In this document: positions 56,780 through 64,000 of the stretch, piece after piece
Layout: the number at the start of each line of letters is the position of its first letter
How positions within the stretch are numbered: position 1 is the first letter of the stretch
Source: an uncultured Erysipelotrichaceae bacterium
GTDB lineage: Bacteria > Bacillota_I > Bacilli_A > Erysipelotrichales > Erysipelotrichaceae
NCBI GenBank assembly: GCA_946537255.1
Contig: CAMNFS010000001.1
Span: forward strand, 31,713 to 95,712
DNA: 64,000 nt
Direction: 5' to 3'
The notes under the pieces: model-generated
Databases searched by the model: none
Seen by the model: the letters and a program-made list of their open reading frames with translations, nothing else
Told to the model about the DNA's origin: nothing
Program-made: the position numbers and the translations under genes

Positions 56780-56995
56780 GGTTTCCTCCAGTATCCCTGC
56801 ATGAAACAGCAGTTTCTGCAGTGACACTATTATATATCCTGCGGAAAGAGAGAGTCATGATAAAACCACAGTCAAAGGTTACATCTGTTGTTTCAGCTCA
56901 TTCCGCCTGCTCTTTCACTCCGGGATTCCTGTGTCAGATGCCTTTGTTTTGAAGAAAAGCACATCTTCATTCTGACTCGAATATCAGGGGAAACA

Positions 56996-57030
56996 GGAAA
57001 AAGCGGCACCCTTTGGAAAGGGTCAGCCGC
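56996..57030 (-). terminator. Rho-independent terminator after the AraC/GyrI gene
   Basis: The minus strand reads GCGGC-TG-ACCCTTT-cc-AAAGGGT-GCCGC followed by TTTTT. Confidence 0.8.
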
Positions 57031-57873
57031 TCATGGCTGCGCCAGTTTCCGGATCGGAACCCAGATATAGCTGAGATAGTCTTCCGGATTTTCTGCCGGA
57101 GGTCCATAAACCTCCAGGGAGTAATTGCCGGCCAGTTCATACCCCCGAAGTGACGGCAGCCATTCCGTCCATATTTCCGTATTCACTTTCTGAAGGCTTT
57201 CGGGAAGCGGACCCCGGCAGGTAAACTGAGCCCAGAGTCCTCCCGGAATGACGGTTGTATCACATCCTTCGGGAATCTCCTGCCAGGGAACATAAAGATC
57301 TGCGATCCAATAGTCAAAGTCCGTTCCATCCGCATCCATACAGACACCGAACATGCCCTTCATCCCCTTCGGGTCAAAAGCCCATTCGTTCCAGAATTCC
57401 GGGATTTTTTCATATCCGGTATCCGTGTGAAAAGTACGTCTGATTCCAAAAACCGTAAATGGTGCCTTTTCTGTCATTCTGTAATCCAGCATAATTCCTC
57501 CTTCCATCGTGATTCTGATATGCATCGGGGCAAACGAGCGCAGGCTGGCCCCGGGCTTTTTCGCGGCGGATGGTGAAATCCCATGAAATCTGTGAAATGC
57601 TCTGGCAAAGCTGTCCGCAGAATCATATCCGTATTTCAGCGCCGTCTCCATCACGGAGCTCTGTCGGCCTGAGAGTTCCTGAGCTGCTTCGCTCATCCGC
57701 CGCAAACGGATATACTCCCCCACGCTCATTCCGCATAGAGCCGTGAAGATCCGCTGATAGTAAAAGGGAGATAACGCAGCTTCTGAAGCGATCGCTTCCA
57801 TTTCAAGAGGTCCGTCCAGATGATCTTCAATGTACTCAAGCGAAGCCTGAAAGGCATCCATCCAGTTCTTCAT
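57031..57873 (-). CDS. AraC-family transcriptional regulator with GyrI-like effector-binding domain
   Basis: It has an N-terminal AraC HTH (SPFYYQRIF...YGYDSADSFARAFHRFHGISP) and a C-terminal GyrI-like domain. SD AGGAGGG precedes ATG 57873. The track ORF extends spuriously into the upstream gene. Confidence 0.88.
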   Translation of the reverse strand: MKNWMDAFQASLEYIEDHLDGPLEMEAIASEAALSPFYYQRIFTALCGMSVGEYIRLRRMSEAAQELSGRQSSVMETALKYGYDSADSFARAFHRFHGISPSAAKKPGASLRSFAPMHIRITMEGGIMLDYRMTEKAPFTVFGIRRTFHTDTGYEKIPEFWNEWAFDPKGMKGMFGVCMDADGTDFDYWIADLYVPWQEIPEGCDTTVIPGGLWAQFTCRGPLPESLQKVNTEIWTEWLPSLRGYELAGNYSLEVYGPPAENPEDYLSYIWVPIRKLAQP

Positions 57874-57988
57874 GTTTTCACCCTCCTGTCTGTCTCCGAT
57901 TTCAGAATACCGGAAACCCGGACGGCTGACCCGACATTCCATGCTTTCTTTTTCCGTATGGAAAAACCGGAATAATCCTCCTTCTCCC

Positions 57989-59155
57989 TCAGGATAAGGA
58001 AGATCCAATCTCCTCAAGAAAAGCTCTTGCTTCAGTAGCCCCGCCGCAGGCATGAAAGGAATCACTGATCTTTTCGGCCGCATTCTTGAAGGAAGGATCA
58101 GAAAGAACGCGTCTGACGGCCTCAAGGATCGCGGGTTCCGTTTCCTCCGACAGCTGTATGCCTGCCCCAAGCTCTCTGACCCGCCGCGCGACCGCGCTCT
58201 GTTCCTTTGTCTGCGGCACCATGACAAGCGGCACGGAGAAATACAGTGCCTCCGAGACGGAATTCATTCCGCAGTGGGTAATGAACGCGTCCGCAATGGA
58301 AAGCACCGCCATCTGATCCACATAATCATGGACTTCCGTATTGTCCGGGATATCGTCATACTGTTCCGCTTTTTCTCCCAGCGATACGATAACCTGCCAT
58401 CCGGTATCCGCAAGCGCATGCATGCAGGCCTTCATCAGGCTTTGGTTGACATTGACCGTTCCAAGAGAAACAAAAATGGTTTTTTCCGCGGTCTTTGGGT
58501 ATGGTTCTGTGATCGGACGGATGGACGGGCCGATAAAGCGGTATCGGTCGGAAAAGGTCTCTGCACAGGGCTGAAAATACGCGGAGGTATAGACGATCGT
58601 ATCGGTTTGATTGTCGTTCTGAAGAATATCCAGAACCCCTTTCACTGGATAGCCTTTCTCCCTGAGACGGTGCATCTGCGCATTCATCTTCGGCATCTGA
58701 AACAGCATCTTCGCTAGATCACAGAGACTCCCGCCCATATACCTTGAGGAATAGCGGTTAAAGGCAAAGGTTGTCGTTGAGGACACATAGGGAATCCCAT
58801 GTTTCAGGGCAGCCAGTTTTCCCCAGTACGCAACGGAATCAGAAACGATGAGATCCGGCTGAAGCTCCTTCAGTTTCAGAGAAATCCAGTCATCCATGGC
58901 AAGGGTGGAAGATACAACCAGGGTAACTGCGTAAACCGGATCCTTGCCTACCCGGTCGGAATTACCCTGATCTTCCATCACCGCTTCATTGTCATCACAG
59001 CGGATGAAAACAGCTCCTGCTTTTTCGATTTCCTTTCGAAACTTCTCAAAGGAGAAATAAAAGACTTCATGACCATGATCAATCAGTTCTTTTACAACAG
59101 AAAGCGTCGGATTGGTATGTCCGTGCGCCGGAATACAGAACCACGCGATTTTCAC
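57989..59155 (-). CDS. MGT-family (macrolide-type) UDP-glycosyltransferase, GT1
   Basis: It has the MKIAWFCIPAHGHTNPTL N-terminus and a C-terminal UDP-sugar motif (FITHCGMNSVSEALYFSVPLVMVPQ..EQ). Length is 388 aa. Confidence 0.88.
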   Translation of the reverse strand: MKIAWFCIPAHGHTNPTLSVVKELIDHGHEVFYFSFEKFRKEIEKAGAVFIRCDDNEAVMEDQGNSDRVGKDPVYAVTLVVSSTLAMDDWISLKLKELQPDLIVSDSVAYWGKLAALKHGIPYVSSTTTFAFNRYSSRYMGGSLCDLAKMLFQMPKMNAQMHRLREKGYPVKGVLDILQNDNQTDTIVYTSAYFQPCAETFSDRYRFIGPSIRPITEPYPKTAEKTIFVSLGTVNVNQSLMKACMHALADTGWQVIVSLGEKAEQYDDIPDNTEVHDYVDQMAVLSIADAFITHCGMNSVSEALYFSVPLVMVPQTKEQSAVARRVRELGAGIQLSEETEPAILEAVRRVLSDPSFKNAAEKISDSFHACGGATEARAFLEEIGSSLS

Positions 59156-59373
59156 GATTGATCTTCCTCCCCGCCTTCCGAAAACACCTCTTCAAACAGT
59201 CTGGAAAAAGATCCCTTCGGGGGAATCGCTATCCCTCTTTCGATATCTCCAAGCAGCAGCAGCGTATCACCGGGCCGGATTCCAAAAACCTCCCTGGCCT
59301 GTTTGGGAATCACAATCTGTCCCTTTTCGCCGACAGTAGCGGTCCATGCGTATTTCCCTTCTGGTTTCTTCAT
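59152..59373 (-). CDS. AbrB/MazE/SpoVT-type DNA-binding domain protein
   Basis: It has a swapped-hairpin domain (TVGEKGQIVIPKQAREVFGIRPGDTLLLLGD). SD AAAGGAGA is present. There is a 4-nt overlap with the glycosyltransferase gene. Confidence 0.8.
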   Translation of the reverse strand: MKKPEGKYAWTATVGEKGQIVIPKQAREVFGIRPGDTLLLLGDIERGIAIPPKGSFSRLFEEVFSEGGEEDQS

Positions 59374-59450
59374 GATTTGTCTCCTTTTGGTATGATTTGT
59401 ATAACGAATCATACCATATTCGCAAAATAAAAGAGAAAACCGTTTCAGGA

Positions 59451-59999
59451 TCATTCTCCCTTACGGTTTTCCCAGTCTTCCTTTGTCATCATACTGACGT
59501 GACCAATGCGGTATTCCTGCATCAGAGGAACTTCCACCCGTTCGGATTTCCACTGATAGCGGAATCCGCTTTTTTCCTGAACCCGCCGGGATCTTTCATT
59601 CCCTTCATAATAGCCGACCCATACTTTCCGCATGCCAAGATCTTCAAACGCATGGCGCAGAATCTCACGCACCGCTTCCGTCATCAGTCCCTGACCCCAG
59701 TACGGCTTTGCCAGCCAGTACCCAAGTTCACACTCATCCTCACGGTCCGTCATGTCCGTATGCCCTCTCAGCTTCAGTTCCACTGCCCCGATGGCCCGGT
59801 TGTCTTCTTTCAGAGAAAGCGCGTAGGCTTCCGGACCATTGAATACATTCTGTATGACGGCCCGGCTTTCTTCCACACTCTGATGAGGAGGCCAGCCGGC
59901 GATCGGTCCGACATCCGGATCTTTCGCCCAGGTGTACAGATCTTCTGCATCAGTAAGTTTCCACCTGCGAAGAATCAGCCGCTTTGTTTCCATGATCAT
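59451..59999 (-). CDS. GNAT family N-acetyltransferase (RimJ/RimL-like)
   Basis: It has the ETKRLILRRW..DAEDLY N-terminus typical of the RimJ/RimL group, and an acetyl-CoA motif region (WGQGLMTEAV). Confidence 0.88.
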   Translation of the reverse strand: MIMETKRLILRRWKLTDAEDLYTWAKDPDVGPIAGWPPHQSVEESRAVIQNVFNGPEAYALSLKEDNRAIGAVELKLRGHTDMTDREDECELGYWLAKPYWGQGLMTEAVREILRHAFEDLGMRKVWVGYYEGNERSRRVQEKSGFRYQWKSERVEVPLMQEYRIGHVSMMTKEDWENRKGE

Positions 60000-60076
60000 G
60001 AACCCACTCCTTCTCTTGTTCCAGTTTCATAAAACAGAAGGAACTGTCCTGTCTGAGTGAACCCGGAATACGCTTT

Positions 60077-61513
60077 TCATGCCTGTTTCTGTTTTCTGAG
60101 ATAGATGGAAAGAAAGTATCCAAACGCCGCCGCGGCCGCAATCAATCCAATCGCATAGGAGATGGACTGGGCAAGTTTCAGTCCTTCCTTTGCCATCAGA
60201 ATATAGGTAACGGAAACAGCTGTCATGAAGGACGCGGGCAGCGCGGTCAGAAACGGAGCGTACTTTCCCTTTCCATTCTTGAGAAGATAGGCGGTAATCG
60301 TCCAGAGCGCGACCATTGCCAGGGTCTGGTTGCTCCAGGAGAAATAACGCCAGACGGTTTCAAAGCCCCGGTTGTCAACCATCGCAAACCAGGTCAGAAA
60401 CCCGCCGATGACCAGCAGCGGGATCGTAATGATCAGACGGTTGAAGATTGTCTTCTGATCCAGATGAAATATTTCCGCAAGAATCAGTCTGGCACTTCGG
60501 AATGCCGTATCACCGGAGGTGATCGGGCAGATAATAACACCCGCTACCGCAAGGATTCCGCCAATGGGGCCAAGCACACCTGTGGAAATATCATAGACCA
60601 CATTGGAGGCACCGTTTCCCAGGGCCTGATTCAGAAGCTGTGTGCTTCCATAAAACGCTGCGCCTGCCGATGCCCAGATCAGGGCAATGACCGCCTCACT
60701 GATCATGGCGCCGTAGAAGACCGTTCTTCCCTGCTTCTCCGACGTCAGACATTTTGCGATCATCGGCGACTGCGTCGCATGAAATCCGGAAATTGCGCCG
60801 CAGGCGACCGTGATGAACATATAAGGCCATACCGGAAGACCATCCGGATGCAGATTGGCAAGCGTGAGTTCCGGAATCGCATACCTTCCTCCGGAGAACA
60901 CAATCCCACCGATCACGGTAATTGCCATGACAATCAGAAGAACACCGAACGCCGGATACAGTCTTCCGATGATCTGATCAATCGGAAGAAGGGTCGCAAG
61001 CAGATAGTAAATCAGGATAACAACAGCCCAGAAAGTTCCATTCAGTGCGTTCGGAGTCAGTTTCGCCAGCAATGCGGCCGGGCTTGTCACAAATACGGTT
61101 CCGCAGAGCACCAGAAGTACGACCGAAAAGACCCGCATGATCATTTTCGGAACATTTCCAAGATAGACACCGGAAAGCTCAGCAATAGAGGCGCCGTCAT
61201 GCCGCATGCTGACCATTCCGCACATGTAATCATGCACCGCCCCGCCAAGGATTGATCCAAAAACAATCCAGAGAAACACGATGGGTCCGAAAGCAGCTCC
61301 CATCAGGGCTCCGAAGATCGGTCCGGTACCTGCGATATTGAGCAGCTGCACCAGAAAGGACTTCCATTCAGGCATCGGCACAAAGTCAACTCCATCCGTT
61401 CTGGTAACAGCCGGAGTCGACCGGTCATCAGGACCAAATACATTCTCAACAAATTTTCCATAAAGCAGATAACCTGCGGCCAGTGCCGCAAGCGATACCA
61501 CCAATGAAATCAT
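60077..61513 (-). CDS. cstA: Carbon starvation protein CstA (peptide/pyruvate transporter family)
   Basis: It is about 478 aa and polytopic, with CstA-like sequence (FGHHFAAIAG-type region: LLNIAGTGPIFGALMGAAFGP). SD AAGGGGG precedes ATG 61513. Confidence 0.88.
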   Translation of the reverse strand: MISLVVSLAALAAGYLLYGKFVENVFGPDDRSTPAVTRTDGVDFVPMPEWKSFLVQLLNIAGTGPIFGALMGAAFGPIVFLWIVFGSILGGAVHDYMCGMVSMRHDGASIAELSGVYLGNVPKMIMRVFSVVLLVLCGTVFVTSPAALLAKLTPNALNGTFWAVVILIYYLLATLLPIDQIIGRLYPAFGVLLIVMAITVIGGIVFSGGRYAIPELTLANLHPDGLPVWPYMFITVACGAISGFHATQSPMIAKCLTSEKQGRTVFYGAMISEAVIALIWASAGAAFYGSTQLLNQALGNGASNVVYDISTGVLGPIGGILAVAGVIICPITSGDTAFRSARLILAEIFHLDQKTIFNRLIITIPLLVIGGFLTWFAMVDNRGFETVWRYFSWSNQTLAMVALWTITAYLLKNGKGKYAPFLTALPASFMTAVSVTYILMAKEGLKLAQSISYAIGLIAAAAAFGYFLSIYLRKQKQA

Positions 61514-61780
61514 ATGAACCCCCTTTTTTGTTACTCTGATTCTCCCAGATATCATTCTGTAATTCCAGATCAATCTTTGAAAAAATCGTGGAATCCGAAT
61601 GAAATGGAACCTGTTTTTCTTCCTGAATTCATAAGCCGCATCCCCTGTGTCAGTCTTCCATGCTCTTTCAATGGGCTTGTTTCAATCTGAACTTGAAATA
61701 AAAACATTCTTTTCAAGTCCTGACCGCTAAAATAAGACCGACGGTTTTCCTAAAATAAACGCGTGGAAAGGAGAACCGGG

Positions 61781-62044
61781 ATGAAAACAGTCTATTACCT
61801 CATCAGAAAAAGCATCGTCGGAAAAGAGGAAAACGGGACTTTCTGGCTTTTTCAGAATGGCGCCTGGGTGATTGACCGAAAGATGGTCATCATGGACTGT
61901 CTTTTCGGATATGATCCATCTGAAGGACCCGACTCCCCCTACGCAATGGGAAACACGGATATCATGGAGGAGATCGAAAAGATATCAGAAGAAGATGCAG
62001 TCCATGCGGTTTCAGAACAGAAAAAGAGGAGGAAACGGAAATGA
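61781..62044 (+). CDS. Hypothetical small protein with polybasic tail
   Basis: 87 aa. SD GGAAAGGAGA lies 7 nt before ATG 61781. Its stop overlaps the next gene's start (ATGA). I recognise no family. Confidence 0.5.
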   Translation: MKTVYYLIRKSIVGKEENGTFWLFQNGAWVIDRKMVIMDCLFGYDPSEGPDSPYAMGNTDIMEEIEKISEEDAVHAVSEQKKRRKRK

Positions 62045-62865
62045 AGCTTGGCAGAAACATCCGCCTTCGGCGGGAAGAAATGAACATGACCCAGGAGGAA
62101 CTGGCAGAAAAGATGAATGTTTCCTTTCAGGCAGTCTCGGCCTGGGAGCGTGATGTTTATCTGCCGGAAACAGAAAACCTGTTTCGTCTTTCAGAAATTC
62201 TCCGCACCACGGCAGATGCGCTGGCGGATGAGCAAAGAACGCAGTTTCAGTATCAGAAAACAGTGTTTGATCCGGAGCGGATGAAAACCTATATCAAAAC
62301 CACGGCCCGGGCGCATGGAATGACGGATACCCTGAAAGCAATGGACTTCGCTTCTGAAAAGCATGCGGGCATGACCAGAAAGAATTCCGATATTCCTTAT
62401 ATCTATCATCCGATGACAGTTGCCTGCCATGCCCTGGCCATGGGACTTTACGAAGATGATATTGCGGCGGCATGTCTGCTTCACGATACGGTCGAGGACT
62501 GCGGTGTCAGGCCGGAAGAGCTGCCGGTAAACAAGCGTGTTCAGAATCTCGTAGTGCTTCTTACAAAAAACCGGAAGCCGATGGAAAGCAGGGAACAGGC
62601 AATTCAGAGGTATTACGAAGCAATTCAGAGCGATCCAGCCGCATGTCTTGTGAAATGCATTGACCGCTGCAACAACCTCACGACAATGTCCTGGGGATTT
62701 GATCGAAGCGGAAAACTGCATTACATCGAAGAGACCGAGCAGTATTATCCCACTCTGCTTCGCATCATTAAGAAAGAACCCCGCTTCTTCAGCGCAGCCT
62801 GGCTTCTGAAATATCAGATCGAAAGCATGCTGGATATCTACAAACACCTGATGGAACAGCGCTGA
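62041..62865 (+). CDS. XRE-family HTH fused to RelA/SpoT-type HD (small-alarmone-hydrolase-like) domain
   Basis: It has an N-terminal HTH_3 (LRREEMNMTQEELAEKMNVSFQAVSAWERD) and an HD domain with YIYHPMTVACHAL and LLHDTVEDC, as in SpoT/Mesh1 hydrolases. Confidence 0.82.
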   Translation: MKLGRNIRLRREEMNMTQEELAEKMNVSFQAVSAWERDVYLPETENLFRLSEILRTTADALADEQRTQFQYQKTVFDPERMKTYIKTTARAHGMTDTLKAMDFASEKHAGMTRKNSDIPYIYHPMTVACHALAMGLYEDDIAAACLLHDTVEDCGVRPEELPVNKRVQNLVVLLTKNRKPMESREQAIQRYYEAIQSDPAACLVKCIDRCNNLTTMSWGFDRSGKLHYIEETEQYYPTLLRIIKKEPRFFSAAWLLKYQIESMLDIYKHLMEQR

Positions 62866-63232
62866 CCATTCGGAAAATCAGGTAAAAAAAATGTCAGATC
62901 CGGATCAAGGTTCCTGTCCGTCTTCATTCCGGAAGGGATGAATAACCGCACGCAGAGAATACATGATTGACAGTTTCTGCCTTTTCATAAGCATGTAAAA
63001 CCCGTATAAAGAAGCACCGCAAACTGTTTCAGGGCAGTTTCCTCCGGAAATCTTTGCGCACTTCCCTGCGGGCATACGGCAAGGTCAAAGCGAGTCTCCA
63101 GTTCCCCGGCATGCCTGCGCTCGTCCATACCAGGATTCTCTGATAAAAGGTATTTTCCCTTCTTCCTGATCCGAAAGATCCATATATCGTTAAGTCATAT
63201 CCGGAATATGGATCACATGCGTTTTTTCACTT

Positions 63233-64000
63233 TCAAAGAGTATTCCAAAGCCGCGGCTTCAGAGCATCCGCAACCGCCTGCACATCAGGGCCGATGATCA
63301 CCTGAACATAATTTCCGCCCGTTTTCATAACTGCAGCCGCGCCGGCCTTTTTCAGCATGGTTTCATCAACAGAACTGACATCCTTCACTTCCACACGCAG
63401 TCTTGTGGCGCAGTTTTCAAGATGTACGATGTTCTTTCGATCACCAAGTCCCTGCAGAATGGCATCCACATGACAGCCTGCCACGATTTCATCCTTCGCA
63501 CTCTCTTTGAAACCATTGGCAGAAACAGACAGTGCATCCGCATCCGTTTCCTCTGCTTCCCTTCCGACAACCGGCAGATGGAAGCGCTGAATCAGGAATC
63601 GAAAGACCAGATAGAACACAGCAAAAGCCGAAAGACCCAGCGGAAGTATCAGCCATGTCATGGACGCGGCAGGAAGAGAAGCGGAAAACAGAAGATCCGT
63701 CACTCCAGCCGAAAATGAAAACCCTGCCCGGAACCCGGTCAAAGCAGTCACAAAGGAAAAAAGGCCATAGAGGAAAGCATAAATCAGATAAAGTCCGGGA
63801 GAAATGAACATGAACGCAAACTCAAACGGTTCCGTGATACCGCAGACAAAAGAACATAGTGCCGCTGATCCAAGAATTCCCGCAGCTGCTCGACGGCGGG
63901 AACTCTCTGCACAATGCAGCATTGCCAGCGCAGCCCCGGGAACCCCGAACATCATGCAGGGAAAAAACCCAGACATATACATGCCAAGGGACCATCCGAC
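63233..64000 (-). CDS. PTS glucose-glucoside superfamily EIICB component (C-terminal part; 5' end beyond window)
   Basis: The frame is open to base 64000. It carries the EIIC C-terminal helices (GITEPFEFAFMFISP) and an EIIB domain with the phospho-Cys motif ENCATRLRV. Confidence 0.85.
   Translation of the reverse strand, partial: VGWSLGMYMSGFFPCMMFGVPGAALAMLHCAESSRRRAAAGILGSAALCSFVCGITEPFEFAFMFISPGLYLIYAFLYGLFSFVTALTGFRAGFSFSAGVTDLLFSASLPAASMTWLILPLGLSAFAVFYLVFRFLIQRFHLPVVGREAEETDADALSVSANGFKESAKDEIVAGCHVDAILQGLGDRKNIVHLENCATRLRVEVKDVSSVDETMLKKAGAAAVMKTGGNYVQVIIGPDVQAVADALKPRLWNTL

Noticed and set aside
57874-58227. N-terminal 118-aa extension of the AraC/GyrI ORF in the track (57031-58227). 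Similar upstream extensions occur for ybeY (to 15407), cdd (to 14465), recO (to 13190), the REC-EAL gene (to 48694), the APC-kinase (to 46555), cstA (to 61573) and the AbrB-like gene (to 59454).
   Set aside because: The extensions overlap the preceding genes, lack SD sequences and have non-protein-like composition. Internal ATGs with good SDs match homolog N-termini.
62866-63232. 367-bp gene-free stretch containing a 47-aa minus-strand ORF (MDERRHAGELETRFDLAVCPQGSAQRF...). It might be a gene remnant or mobile-element scar.
   Set aside because: It has no recognisable motif, no flanking inverted or direct repeats, no SD, and no clear terminator for the PTS gene either. The evidence is insufficient to call anything.
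1-64000. Looked for rRNA, tRNA, tmRNA, CRISPR repeats, transposases, integrases, phage structural genes and classical defence systems (RM, Abi, CBASS, retron).
   Set aside because: I recognised none in any frame or intergenic region. Every intergenic region I read (the longest about 370 bp) is explained by promoters and terminators or carries only weak unexplained features.

Overview
This 64-kb window looks like a Firmicutes chromosome with Bacilli/Erysipelotrichia-like gene order and mid-range GC by eye. Nearly all genes are on the minus strand.

Positions 1-17.6 kb are a conserved housekeeping block: rpsO, Cof hydrolase-hemW-lepA, fmt, rpsT, trmK-sigA-dnaG, glyQS, recO-era-cdd-dgkA-ybeY and phoH. 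An opposite-strand MFS transporter gene is wedged between phoH and ybeY.

Positions 17.8-64 kb are a mosaic of accessory and metabolic genes:
- GH28 and GH36-like glycosidases.
- An ECF-S / PfkB kinase / pentapeptide-repeat operon, with a divergent MocR-like regulator that lacks the PLP lysine and is 3'-truncated.
- An SPL-like radical SAM gene and a DUF1846 gene.
- A split anaerobic ribonucleotide reductase locus. nrdD and nrdG are 3.6 kb apart, separated by a double-glycine-leader peptide gene, a hypothetical gene, degV and a PurF paralog without the Cys1 nucleophile.
- fucO-pfkA.
- A dense c-di-GMP / phosphorelay cluster: an HD-GYP protein, an amino-acid-permease(APC)-fused hybrid histidine kinase, a stand-alone Hpt, REC-GGDEF(degenerate)-EAL, a second hybrid kinase and FHA-GGDEF.
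- A decayed truD, small accessory genes, a GNAT-AbrB-MGT glycosyltransferase-AraC/GyrI cluster, cstA, an XRE-HTH::SpoT-type HD fusion, and a truncated PTS EIICB gene at the right edge.

I found no rRNA, tRNA, CRISPR array, transposase, integrase or obvious prophage.

The most unusual feature is the APC-transporter-fused hybrid kinase, embedded in a two-kinase / Hpt / REC-EAL phosphorelay.

All calls rest on reading the translated ORFs and the DNA by eye. No database search was run.
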